A stretch of 61,239 bases of DNA, the filler included, from Porpidia crustulata (lineage: Eukaryota): the NCBI GenBank assembly GCA_964255105.1. It is 10 parts of 10 records of this genome, joined end to end, with 100 filler letters (N's around TTAATTAATTAA, not from the genome) between each part and the next. Parts side by side here need not be neighbours in the genome. Positions count along the whole stretch, not along the records: positions 36,845 to 42,876 come from CAXUWE010001650.1; positions 42,977 to 49,005 come from CAXUWE010001651.1; 8 more parts are not named here. One strand, 5' to 3'. Numbering within the stretch: position 1 is the first letter of the stretch; each line of letters begins with the position of its first letter. Below, one piece after another: positions 36,845 to 48,600 of this stretch. Made by a program: the position numbers and the translations under genes. A model generated the notes under the pieces. That model had not been told where the DNA came from, did not search any database, and saw only the letters and a list, made by a program, of their open reading frames with translations.

Positions 36845-38207
36845 GGACGGGGGGTTGAGGGACGGGTTGGTCTTGCTTGATGGCGGTTGCTTGGAGGCCG
36901 TGCTGCGGGGTGTCAGTTTGTCGGGCTTCTTTGTCAGGTAGGGGCTTTGTACTTTTGAGATGGTGAAGGATGTCACTATCCCGACGCCTTCGTGGGAGAT
37001 ACCGCCCGCTTTGACGACTCCGGCGAATCGGATTCCGGGTTGATGTTCTGCCTGATTCGAGCCTTCTGGCGATCGAGAGACCCAGTCTTGATAAAGTACG
37101 ATTCGAGTACTGATTCCAGCATCCCAAGCCGTGCTTGCGAGTGACGGGTGCAATACCGCGCCCGTCTCCGCTCTGATCCTCGTCGTGGTTTGGCTGATCA
37201 GTAGTACCGCTATGTTCCTCTTAGCAGCGAGCTTGCCAATTTTGTTGATGAAGTCGCCCATCACGGCCCAGCGTCTGCTGGCTGCCCATTGGACGGCATC
37301 ACTTTTCGGGGCGGTTGGGATTTTCCTCACGTCGGATGCTCCGAGGGCTTTGGGAAAGGCAAGGGCGAATAGGATGGAGATGGCGTCGATGACGATGAGG
37401 CTGGTTTTGGGCGGTGGGAAGGATGGAGAGGGGTGAGTCAGGAGGGTCAGAAGATGTGGGAGGGTCGGGGTATGGAAGTGATGGAAGCCTTCCAGAAGCT
37501 GCTCTAATGGTTTATGCGAAGCTGTGGTCGGTAATTCTAGGTTTTGGGGTGGTGTGGAATTGGAGAGAATATCCTTGAATCTAGAGCCGGATAGGGTGTA
37601 AGAAGTGTCTGCGGTACTGCCATTCAACCGTTATTTGCTGCGGAGACATTATTCACGGGAGGGATGGTACTGACCTACCCAGATTACTAAATCTCCTAAC
37701 CGCAAGGTTTTTGCGGCAATTTGCATGCTACATCCAAACAAAGCATTAGAAACTACCTATATGATGCCGTAGTGCCCGTTCATAAATTGAAATCTCATGT
37801 ATACATCTGTGGTTTTTTGAAAAAAATTATATATATAACGGGACTTGCACCAAAACGAGAGAATAGTTCTATATAAATTTAAGAAAACAACTTACGCGAA
37901 AGCCGTCCTCCCCACACCAGGAGGCCCGTAGACCTCAGTCACTTGACCGCGAGCCAGACCTCCCCGCGCGTCCTCGTTCGTGGAGGCGGGCGCACGGCCT
38001 TGGAGGACAGCATCGAGATCCCTGAGGCCGGTGGGGATAACTTGCCTGGGCGCTGAAGTCAGGTTGTGGAGGGCTTGAGAAGCGGAGAGGGTTGGGAAAC
38101 GATCTTTTGGGGATCAGCGCATGTGAGTCTTGCTGTTTATGGATGGGGGGAATGAGAGCCGTACGGGGAGATGAGTAAGAGAAATTGGTGATGTCTACGT
38201 CGGTCAT
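36845..38207 (-). CDS. RAD55: Rad51 paralog, Rad55-like DNA repair protein, 3' end cut at contig end
   Basis: Spliced: HRFPTLSASQAL, IPTGLRDLDAVL, GGLARGQVTEVYGPPGVGRT (Walker A), LVIWVD, TPTLPHLLTLL, LIVIDAIS (Walker B), KLAAKRNIAVLLISQ and AWDAGISTRIVL; four introns. Confidence 0.82.
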
Positions 38208-38322
38208 GATGGGGGCTGGGATTGATTCTGAGTGCTTTATGGCAATGCTTGTGGGCTCATTATGCTGACACGACCTGGTAGCAGGTCTCTTGTTGCACTC
38301 CGATGATGTTGCAGTGGAAGTT

Positions 38323-38368
38323 TTACGCGAGGTGTTGTACTACGTAGCAACGTCGATCCCTCGCGTAA
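38323..38368. promoter_or_regulatory. Perfect 10-bp inverted repeat with MCB-like cores in the RAD55/MOSC divergent promoter
   Basis: TTACGCGAGG (38323-38332) and CCTCGCGTAA (38359-38368). Confidence 0.55.
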
Positions 38369-38582
38369 TTGTTCTCGGTGTTGAGGAATGTTGTTCACAG
38401 CTCAACCATCTTCACCTTCTTTGTTATATACCATGGCTCTTCACCATTTCTCTTTCTTTTTTCTTCATCCTACTGCATTTATAAACTCTTTCCCTTCCTT
38501 TAGAAACCATTTTCCCTCAGCATCCAAGACGCAACCACAAGCAGCCTCAGCGCAATAACCTCTGATACTCTCAATCGCAAGA

Positions 38583-40013
38583 ATGACCTCCCTTCTCGTC
38601 AGGGCTAGTGGCCTACAGAAGTATATCCCGCAGGTTACCTCTACAACAGGCTGGATTGTGGTGGTCAGCTGTTGCTTCATACCCGCCCTCGCATTGATGC
38701 TTTTCCAACTCTCCAATATCAGCAGCCAACGAGTCGAACCTAACGGGTGCAGAAAGCTTGGTCTCAGGATTCGAAGCAATGTTGCAGATGAACACGATCC
38801 TCGATACACGAAAGGTCTGAGTTACCCTCAGGAGGGCGAGAAAACGATAGCCCGAGTCAAGAGTCTCTGGATTTACCCGATCAAGAGTACCAAAGGCGTT
38901 GAGTTGAACCGTGGGGATGTCGTACCAACAGGCTTCCCATATGATCGTCAATTCTCCTTTGCTGAGCTGAAAAGTAAATTCCCCGCTTCGTCCACGAAAG
39001 ACCCGGCTTCTGAGGCAGAGCCTCCTACTTGGACCTTCATTACTCAAAGAACTGTTCCAAAATTGGCAAGAATCAAGGCAGAAGTATGGGTCCCGGATAC
39101 CTCATCGCCAACATACTCTCGCAAGGAACCCAATGTCCAAAGCGGAGGCGTTCTACTAATAAGATACCCGTGGACGAGAGATGGAGTATTGGGACTTCTG
39201 GATCAGCTCGCTACAATCATTGGCCGAGAACCGCACCATTCAGTGCAAATTCCGTACAATCCTACCCCGGAGCAGATTCGTGCAAAGGGCTACGGTACCG
39301 AGACGATGAAGATCTGGAAAGACAACCCTTCGGCGCTATGCGTGGGCACCACAGAAAATCCCGACTCTCCCGCCTTCATCAAAGAGCTTCGATACTTCCT
39401 AGAAGTTGCAAACCCGTTGGCGCTCTTCAGGATTCCTCCGGAAGAACCAAGGAAGTTATTCCGTAACGCACCTAAGAAAGAAGAGCTTGGCTATCAAGCC
39501 GTGGTGGGATTCGCCGACTCCTACCCATTACATCTACTCAACCTTGCGAGTGTACGTGATGTTGGCGCAAAGATTCTAGAAAATGCAAAGCTCCCGAAAA
39601 AGGCCCGAAAGCCCACCAGTGCTGGCTCAAAGGCTTCGGATAAGTCGACAAAGCCGCCAAAGATCTCCATCTTACAATTCCGTTCTAATATCATCATGAC
39701 TGGACCGGAAGCTTTCGCGGAGGATTTGTGGAAGCGGGTCAAGATCGGCGACTACGAGTACTTTGTCACCAGCCGGACAAGTCGTTGCAAATTGCCCAAC
39801 GTGAATCAAATCACAGGCATTCCGCACCCTACCGAGCCCGATGCGACTCTCCTAAGCTATCGTAAGATTGACCCAGGAGCCAAGTACACTGCATGCCTAG
39901 GGATGATGCTGGTGCCTGCAGAGGAACATAGCGTCATCAGGGTCGGCGATTCCATCGAGCTTTTGGAGACAGGAGAACATTACTACATCCCGGCACCAAA
40001 GACGGCGGTGTAG
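38583..40013 (+). CDS. MOSC-domain protein (mARC-like)
   Basis: N-terminal hydrophobic anchor, LWIYPIKS and YDRQFSFA (MOSC_N), GFADSYPLHLLN, FRSNII, conserved Cys in SRCKLPNVN, and IRVGDSI. Confidence 0.92.
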   Translation: MTSLLVRASGLQKYIPQVTSTTGWIVVVSCCFIPALALMLFQLSNISSQRVEPNGCRKLGLRIRSNVADEHDPRYTKGLSYPQEGEKTIARVKSLWIYPIKSTKGVELNRGDVVPTGFPYDRQFSFAELKSKFPASSTKDPASEAEPPTWTFITQRTVPKLARIKAEVWVPDTSSPTYSRKEPNVQSGGVLLIRYPWTRDGVLGLLDQLATIIGREPHHSVQIPYNPTPEQIRAKGYGTETMKIWKDNPSALCVGTTENPDSPAFIKELRYFLEVANPLALFRIPPEEPRKLFRNAPKKEELGYQAVVGFADSYPLHLLNLASVRDVGAKILENAKLPKKARKPTSAGSKASDKSTKPPKISILQFRSNIIMTGPEAFAEDLWKRVKIGDYEYFVTSRTSRCKLPNVNQITGIPHPTEPDATLLSYRKIDPGAKYTACLGMMLVPAEEHSVIRVGDSIELLETGEHYYIPAPKTAV

Positions 40014-41009
40014 TATTTGATGGGGACTGAGAGCGTCGAACTATTTCTTGGATACTTGGATTTTGTGTGATTTTGTGTGATTTTGTAGTCTAGATACCCA
40101 AAATGAAACGATGTTAAGAAGTCTAGCATGAAATGTCCAAATTAAACCGCGCTTTTCAGATTGATTCCACCCACTAGCAAAACGTGTATCTGAAATAGCT
40201 GTATCGCATAGCATGAACTCTCATAATCCTTTTGCTACCCTCTACTTCATTATGGAACGGAGGCGTTCGCAACACTATCTCGATATGGTCGTTGCAGCGT
40301 AAGGCGTAGCTTCAGTGCTAGTCGGAACCGTACAGGCATGGATGTTGTTCCTTTTTTCCGGGGAAGCCATTGCTTTGTTTGCATGCAATCACTTCAAGCA
40401 GTCGTGTAGAATATAACTGAGCAGTGGTAGATAAGGGAAGGATTGTTAAACCACAAATGGCTATTTCATATTTACATGTGCAGAATCAACCTGACCATTA
40501 CTGATTGATTACTGTGAAGTAGATAATTCATGTGATTGCGGACCTAACTCCGCGCCCTATGAATGCGTTCATGGCTGCGGGACTTTTCGCTCCGGAAAAT
40601 CCCTCACTGAACGCCGCTGTGCTACAACTACTGTGACCTTTGAGATAAAAAAAAAAAAGAAATGAACCTTACCTACCCCACACTTTGACCAAACAGACTT
40701 CTTTCTCTTGCTCACAACAACATCACCCCGCCAAGATGCATAAGACGTGAAAGTACGAAGGTTCTTCTCGACGTGGATAGGAGACGAGGTGCTGCAAACA
40801 TCCGCGTGAGTCCGATATACTTCCCTGCCTGCCTGCTTCCAAGCATTGGTTGAGGAGCATCCGGGAGGTCCGAGGAAAGTCTTTTAAGAGCCATCTACAG
40901 CTGCGTGAGAAGACCCGTCTTCCTCTATCCAGGTCAATCAGTCAATCAGACAATTCAGCACCTTCACACTACGTCTTCGACAAAATACGAAAGCACCGCA
41001 AAGATCAAC

Positions 41010-41531
41010 ATGCCCACCAACCGCCCCTTCTTTGCCAACTTCTTCGCAGCCTTCCGGGCCCATTCTGCATTAGCAAAGGCATCCACCTCCAATTCGACCA
41101 CCACTACTACGGCCTCGGCATCACAATTCTCTACAACCCTGTCCTCGACCGCTGCCCGCGCTATCTCAAATACTGCAGCAAATAAGACAGCTTCAGCAGG
41201 AGGAGCCACAACTGCGGCCGTCCAAGCTGCCCAATCTCACCTCTCTCATCACGCCCGCTCCCCTTCCGCCGCTCGCTCTCCTCCATCTTCCTCACCTTAC
41301 TCCCCCACAGCGCGCTCTCCCCCAGCACCGTCAAACTTCCACCAACACCGCCAGCCACAGAGGAGAGGCAGTGATAGCAGCAGTGATGGCGGCTTTAGAG
41401 ATGCCTTGGGAGGAGAGAAATGGTATATTGGCGGACGGACGGCTCAGGGCGAGGAGAGGTTCTACAGGCTCGGCATGGTGAGAAAGGAGAGGAGTTGTGA
41501 CAGGAGTAGTCTCGACAGGTTGAGTTTGTGA
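41010..41531 (+). CDS. Uncharacterised Ser/Thr-rich protein
   Basis: MPTNRPFFANFFAAFRAHS, low-complexity middle, RRGSDSSS, and C-terminal EKWYIGGRTAQGEERFYRLGMV..SLDRLSL, which I recall as a conserved filamentous-fungal family (not verified by search). Confidence 0.8.
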   Translation: MPTNRPFFANFFAAFRAHSALAKASTSNSTTTTTASASQFSTTLSSTAARAISNTAANKTASAGGATTAAVQAAQSHLSHHARSPSAARSPPSSSPYSPTARSPPAPSNFHQHRQPQRRGSDSSSDGGFRDALGGEKWYIGGRTAQGEERFYRLGMVRKERSCDRSSLDRLSL

Positions 41532-42179
41532 AGATATGAAGAGCGTGTTGATACTCTGCTTAGACGTACATAAGGGATCTGGTAACGGGCCTAAAACTCG
41601 GCGTTGGAGGACACAGATCTCAGTCATCGAGGAGAATTTTGGAGGTCAGATTTGACGAAATCGTTATTCCTGTATGTTATTGGACTATCTCGGCTGCCTG
41701 CAGCATTGGTGTAACTACATTGGAAGCTCATTTCCAATCTCACTTCATTCACTATCCATTGTTCTGCGCTGATGATACCTGTTCAAAGTGAGCTTATTGA
41801 CAGGTTGTCGACTCCTATTGTTATTTTGCTAGTGCTCCCCTTGCCCAGACTCGATTTCTGAGTTCCCTATTGACAAAAGCTGAACTCTTTGAGGTCGGTT
41901 TCACCAAGCGCAGCGACAATAGCAAGGAATGGAACATATAAGTCTCCTACTATGCTGCAAGGGTAGCCAGATATTCGAGGGCAGGCCTCAACTACGAATT
42001 ACTTTAATTTTCCTCCTAAAGTTTCTTTCCTCTTCGTCCATCTTCATCAGCATACAGCGACAGCATACTTCAATTGCATGTAGGACCAGCATACCTCAGC
42101 ACCACCCAGCACCCACTTTAACAATAGCACCTTTGTCTTCCTTTTATCCCAATATCCACATCACCTCATCACCGCCACC

Positions 42180-42876
42180 ATGTTACTCCTCCCTCCTCTT
42201 CTTATCCCTGCCCTCTCAACACTTCCCATGATCATCTTCAAGGTTCACGAAGCCGGGTATGGCGGGCTAGTCGTGTCTGACTTTGGCCGTCTCGTGGACT
42301 TGAAGATATATGCCATCATTCCTCCCCTGGCTCCTTGCATCCTTCCAAACCCATTCTTCATCGTAACGGAGTCTTGGCCGTCGCCAACGGCAGCACCGCC
42401 TAGCCCCATTGACGGCTACACCAACTCGACTGCTGGCAGCGAAGATGAGACACCACCAGACGCCTCCGAATCCTCCTTCGACGCATTCAAAGACCTCTTC
42501 GCCTTTTGGAGCGAATTCCTCGAATACGCTTTTGTCATTTTTACTAATTTAGACGACTTCTGGAAGACGAATCCTGGATATTTGGAAATACTACTTGCCC
42601 ATGAGGCAGACATGAAAGAGCTGGAGAGAAAAATGCAGAAGACGTTGACAAGAGCTGGCAATGCACACCAAGCCAATAGGAAACAGCAACAATGAGAGCT
42701 CCAAGACACATTAGCAAGCAACGTTGTGCTGGTCACAATGTTAGGGCAAGAAATCGAGGGGCTGAAAAACAATACTCGGCAATAAGTCGAACAGATCGTG
42801 GAATTGTGGGGTCTACTGGCCCAGAGAACGACTCTTCCGGCTTCACCTCCGCCTTCTCCGCTCCCCGTCTCTCCTC
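42180..42876 (+). pseudogene. Hypothetical coiled-coil protein with two in-frame stops
   Basis: 171-aa ORF with a hydrophobic N-terminus. The same frame continues with coiled-coil-like sequence through TGA (42693-42695) and TAA (42783-42785) to the contig end. Confidence 0.45.
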
Positions 42877-42976
42877 NNNNNNNNNNNNNNNNNNNNNNNN
42901 NNNNNNNNNNNNNNNNNNNNTTAATTAATTAANNNNNNNNNNNNNNNNNNNNNNNNNNNNNNNNNNNNNNNNNNNN
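42877..42976. other. Artificial contig linker
   Basis: 44 N + TTAATTAATTAA + 44 N. Confidence 0.99.
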
Positions 42977-44127
42977 GGGCGGTATAGAAGGCCTGCGGGC
43001 TGGCGAGGGTGCTTAGTAGAGCGGCGAAGTCGGCGGGCACAACGTCCGAGACAAACCAGGGGATGGATTTTGGGTGGAAGACGACTTCGGTGGCAAGGCC
43101 GGCGGCGAGCAGGTAGCCGGCGAGGATCAGGTCAACAAAGAGCTCGAAGCCGGCGTTGTCAAGGACAATGTCGACGCGTCGTGGACCGTTAGGGTTGGTG
43201 ATCCGAGCGGCTTGAAGGACTGAGTAGGCGCCACCAAGGTCGTTGACGAGGATGTTCTTCTCCGACTTCTTACGCGCCTCGCTGCCTTGGAGCTGTTGGA
43301 TGTCCTCGTAGGTTAGGGACGTGAGGAGCGAGAGGTCGGTGGCGTTGCCCCAGAGGCAGATTTCGCACATTTCGATGAAGAGGATGCGTTCTGCGGCGTT
43401 TGCATCGTCAGAGCGGTTCAAATTTGGGGTCTGGCTTTCAAGTTGGGAGATCAATTCTTTGTACTTGGACGCGAGTTCGAGGACGGCGGGGCGGGAGGAG
43501 CGGAAGGTGGACAATTTCTGGCGCGCAAATACGTCGTAAGACTTCCAGTGAGCGGAAAGGGCGAAGAGCGTGTTCATACGTCTAGCTTTGACATATGAGC
43601 GGTTTCCCTCGATGCGTCGAAGGTAGGCATTCTCACCGGTAAAGGTAGCATTCCGCATAAAGCCATGGTGCGTTGAACCATGTCAGGGGTCCCAATGCTT
43701 CTAATTCCTTATTATATTCCGTCACGTCTGGCTGTTTGTCGTCTGGTATTGGCCTGTGCTGTTCAGAAGCAGACAGGAATGGTCTCGAAGGAGCTCACGT
43801 CATCTGGCGGTCATGCTGAAGTTCATATTTGAGCTTTGCCAGCCCTTCCACGATCGTTTTTCCCTCCGTTCGTTTCGCCTCATCTTTGCAGTCGACAACG
43901 GTACGGTGAACATCGTCAATTGCCCCTGTCTTATAATATTCAGCCTCGAGCCTTGTCTAGCTGAGGCTCGGCATGGACATACTATTATCACTGGCCAGCG
44001 ATCCCTGGCTGAGATGTAGGCAAAGGAGGTTTGGTCAGATGTTTTGTATGGCGCTATGGAGCTTGTAAGTTACATTTCACCTTATTCTAGAGTGCGGGTA
44101 CTTACGAGTTTTCGTATCGGATTCCAT
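42977..44127 (-). CDS. DUF89/ARMT1-family damage-control phosphatase, 3' end cut at contig end
   Basis: [63 protein letters not shown] and [12 protein letters not shown]; four introns. Confidence 0.93.
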
Positions 44128-44414
44128 TGTGTTTGCGACAAACTACTTATTGGCGTCTTGAAATTAAGACAATGAGGGGCAGAAGATTTTCGAATGCCCC
44201 GCATCTCCCGATCGCTAGAGCTAAGCTAGATACGTACTTTTGCGATCGAATCATTAGATGCTGTCTACGCTCATCATCCGCAGATCCTCTCATGGGAATT
44301 CATGACCCAAGGACCTCAACTGAGAATGGTATCTCCGTACTGAATCATCAATCTGACCCATATGACCATCGCTTGCGTCAGGTCCGTAGACCGACATCTC
44401 TGGCCACATTTTTA

Positions 44415-45191
44415 TCATTTCGACTCTCGATAGTTCTGTGTCGCCTTTCGAAACAAGTCCCCAAGTATATCAGGCGGCTTTGTATTCTCCGCAGGACTTG
44501 GCTGTTGGGGGTGGTTCGTTGTTGGCCGTGTGTTCATCCCCCCACTACTGTCGTTTCCATTCACTTGCGGCCCTGAAATATGTGTTTCCATGGGTTTTGC
44601 GGTACCATGTCCGTTGCTATGTGTTACTTGTTCCGCTGACAACCTGCTGCTCTTTGCCTCCAATGCACATTCCATCATGATCTTGGCATTGAGATGTCGT
44701 GCATGAGCGGTAGAGGAAGGTTCTGGTTCCGCGAAAATCCATAGTCCATATGCTTTGGGTGCACCGCTACTATCATGCCCTTGAAGAATTACATACTCCT
44801 CGTTTATATCGACATCATCGTCGTCGAGCAGGTCTAGGATGAAGTTGTCCAATCCTCTACGATTCAAGACGATGACAGTGTACCGGACTGCAGCAGCGGA
44901 CGTTGGTGATAGCTTGCATATGAAGAGCGTGCCTTCAATGCCATTCTTCTCCCATTGTTGGGTGACTGGTGAGAAGAGATAGACGACTGCGTAAGAAGCG
45001 ATCGAGACGATAGATATCGCGCTGGAAAGGTGGCGCTGTATCACTGATAAGTTGAGCTCGGTGTTGGTCCGAGCTGGCGGTGGAATGGGACCATGGTCAA
45101 AAGTGGTACGGTTGATGTCGCTGTCGTAGTCTGAGATTGGATTGGCGGCTTGAGGTTGAGGTCGTGGTTGTCTTACTGTACGAACCATCAT
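44415..45191 (-). CDS. DCP1: mRNA decapping enzyme subunit Dcp1 (EVH1 domain)
   Basis: RTNTELNLSVIQRH, YAVVYLF..QWEKNGIEGTLF, IVLNRRGLDNF and YGLWIF. Confidence 0.88.
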   Translation of the reverse strand: MMVRTVRQPRPQPQAANPISDYDSDINRTTFDHGPIPPPARTNTELNLSVIQRHLSSAISIVSIASYAVVYLFSPVTQQWEKNGIEGTLFICKLSPTSAAAVRYTVIVLNRRGLDNFILDLLDDDDVDINEEYVILQGHDSSGAPKAYGLWIFAEPEPSSTAHARHLNAKIMMECALEAKSSRLSAEQVTHSNGHGTAKPMETHISGPQVNGNDSSGGMNTRPTTNHPQQPSPAENTKPPDILGDLFRKATQNYRESK

Positions 45192-45648
45192 TTCAATCTT
45201 TATTCTCTGTTACTTGATATTGACCTCATGGGATTAGGATATCGCGATAGGATTGTTGTTGATGACCTTATGGTAAGTATCTAATACTCCACATTATCCC
45301 AGTATTGAAGAAGTTGTTGGCATTTACAGATGCGCCCTGTAAGGCGGCCGTAGCGAAGTCCGGCGACCCTTGCAAAGATTTAGATTATTCCAGGCCCTGC
45401 AGACCTGCCAAGTCATGGCCATGCTCAATGGCGTACTAGTTGTACTGTACTACTCGTAGATACCCATTGACCATCGATAGTCTTGGCATCTCACCAAAGA
45501 CTCCGGTTCTGCTCGAGGATCGCTACAAATATGGGCAGGTCTTGGTACTGCAGGTTGTGGCAATATGCTTCTATGACTGCTGTTCCTTAACTATTCATTC
45601 CAAACCCTCATTTGAAACGAGGGACCCCCTAGATTTAATTTTCCCACC

Positions 45649-48600
45649 ATGGCTCCTACGGATTCAAAATCTTCCACAACTCACCAGATGCATGACACCC
45701 CAGGAGCTTTCCCGTCTACGCCCGGAGAGCCCGCGTCGCCGACGATTATCTCTTCACAGCTGTCACTTTCCCAGGCCGTCCACCAGCGGAGATCTGAATA
45801 TACAAGATCCTACGCAACTCGAGTCAAAGTAGGGACATGGAATGTTGCCTCTCTGAGCGGGACGGAACGAGATATTCAAGGCTGGTTCGTTGATGGCAAG
45901 GGTGTCTCTGAGACCCTTTCGGGATCGCTCGCTAGCCAAGAGGATAGAAAGAGCGAAACTGGTCTTGCTGTGAAAGAAGAGGAGGCTGTTGAGGCGGTGT
46001 TGGCGCAGGAAGCCCGGAGATCAAAGAAAGAATCTACTCTACCTAAGAATGATCAAGGTTCGATACCCGGTGGGGGCGATATAGGACTCTACGTTCTGGG
46101 CCTGCAAGAGATTGTCGACATATCTTCCGCGGCTGAAGCTTTACGACCCTTCACCGACCCGAATCCTGCCAAAAAGTGGAAGAAAGCAGTTGCTGAGGCA
46201 TTGCCAGAAGGCTACAAGCAAGCAGCTGAGCAACAACTGATAGGCCTCTATTTAGTCATATACGCTTCGCCGTCCATCGCACCGACAATATCGTCCATCA
46301 GTACAACTAGCGTCGGCACTGGTCTAATGGGCTATATGGGAAACAAAGGTGCTGTCACAGCTCGTATCGTCCTTGGCGAGACCACTCGCATGGTATTCGT
46401 CAACTGCCACCTGACTGCTGGTATTGAAAAGGGTAGTCTAGAACGCAGAAACTGGGATGCGTCGCAAATCTTGAGCCGGACGAAATTTGAGCCTGTATAT
46501 GATGGAGGCGGCGTAATGGAAGAATTCGGGGAGGGCATAGGCGATGAGGACTTTGCTTTCTGGTTTGGTGATCTCAATTATAGACTGGAAAGTATCCCGC
46601 CGGACGACGTTCGAAGGCTTCTGACGGTACATACCCGGAAGGAGTACGAATTAGATAAAGATTCTCAGAAGGAAATCGATGCTGCCTCAAGATCCGATTC
46701 CCCGATGATTGTGCGGGATAGCGGAAGTACTGAAATGCCTTCCGCGGACAAAGGGACGTCATCTTACGAGGCTGCCGAATCCATCATGGAGAACTCAATC
46801 CATTCTTCTATTAATATTCCGCCATCAGAACATATGGACCCAGCTATAGACCCAGCTTCGCTCCAGACAACCTTGTCTTCATTACTGCCACATGACCAGC
46901 TACATCTGCAAATGCGAACACGCAAAGCGTTTCACGATGGCTGGAGGGAAGGTGTGATCGATTTCCTACCAACGTACAAATATGACGTGGGGAGCGTTGC
47001 AATATTCGATTCTAGTGAGAAAAGACGGGGGCCGAGTTGGTGTGATAGGATACTGTACCGAACCCGAAAGGATCGACTAGAGTATGAAACAATGGTTCTC
47101 GAGGAAGACTTGGCAAAAAAAAGGGACGAAGAGTTGCAAACGCGAGGGGTCGACAAAGCAGCAGCCGAGGATGACGAGGTGCTTTTCGACTACGATCCTG
47201 AGACGGACGGAGCGGCGGACGCCTATGATGAGCATCTTGAAGGCCCCATTGATCCCGAAGTTGTTCTCACAAAGACTGGCTTTGAAGACAAGCTGTGTCT
47301 TGATTACTACACGTCACATCAACGGGTCCTATCTTCGGACCACAAACCCCTAGATGCTGTCTTCACCTTAACTTACGATGCCGTAGACCCAGAAATGAAG
47401 GCCAAGGTACATCAGGACATCGTACGCGAACTTGACAAGGCAGAGAATGAAGGTCGTCCAGGGGTAACGATCGTGATAGATCATCAGCACGATCACGAAG
47501 ATAACTCGGCCACCGATCCGCTATCTCCTACCTTCCAGGGAGTCAATTTTGGTCACGTCAAGTACGACCATGTAAGGATCAGGAATATTACCGTGGCAAA
47601 TACTGGAAGAGTCCGAGCAACTGTTGGCTTCGTCGATAGATCTTCAGACCAGAGTCGGCAAGGAGGCTTCTCGCCCCCTTGGCTGAATATACGTTTTGAC
47701 CGGGCGAGCGACAACAAGAACACGAACCCAGGTGCACTCCAGGCTTATACAATAGAGCCTGGGGATGCCATCAACGTGGAGCTGACAGTCCATATCGCCG
47801 ACATGGACCAAGTACGGAAACTCAATGCAGGTCTTGAAAAGCTCGAAGATATCCTCGTTCTAAGAATACATAACGGTCGCGACTACTTCCTCCCCGTTCG
47901 CGGTAGATGGCTCCAATCAGCATTCGGGCGATCCTTGGAAAAGTTGACCCACATACCGGAAGGGGGAGTTAGAAAGTTGCAACATCAAAGGCCAGATAAG
48001 AGCAGCAGTGGTAGTAGTCACGGTAGCGAAGGGGTAAAGTGGTCAGCTCCTAGAGAAATTTTCCGGCTGACGGAGGCGATAGAAGAACTCGTGGAGAGAT
48101 CGATTGCTGAATGGGGAATGAAAGGTGAGCAGGAGAATCCACCATGGAATGATATGAAATGGCCTTTCGCGACATGGCGGAGTCTGGAGCCGGACCAAAG
48201 TAGAGAACACCTTAAGAGATGCGTGCGAGAAGCCTTGGATACTGACGAGTCGTTTGCCGTGCATTTCCTTCCAGGAGCAGAATGTCTGCAAAGGCTTGAA
48301 GCAACCGCAGAGACCTTGCTCGACTTCTTGAACAGTCTCGAAGACGGCATCATTACATCAACCCTTTGGGCAGAAATAGAGAAAGGCACCATCGAGCGCG
48401 ACAAGGTTAGGAGATCCTTAACCCCCGAGGAAGAAAGAACTTGGATCCTAGAGGTTCTCTCCACAACACCGGCTCACAGTATCGCCTTTACCTTTGTCAC
48501 ATTCATGCTCTCGAGAATCGCCAATGAGATTGCACCAGTACGCTTGACGGCAGAGACGCCAAGATCGTCGTTGGAGACGACGGAACAATCCAAAGCGCAA

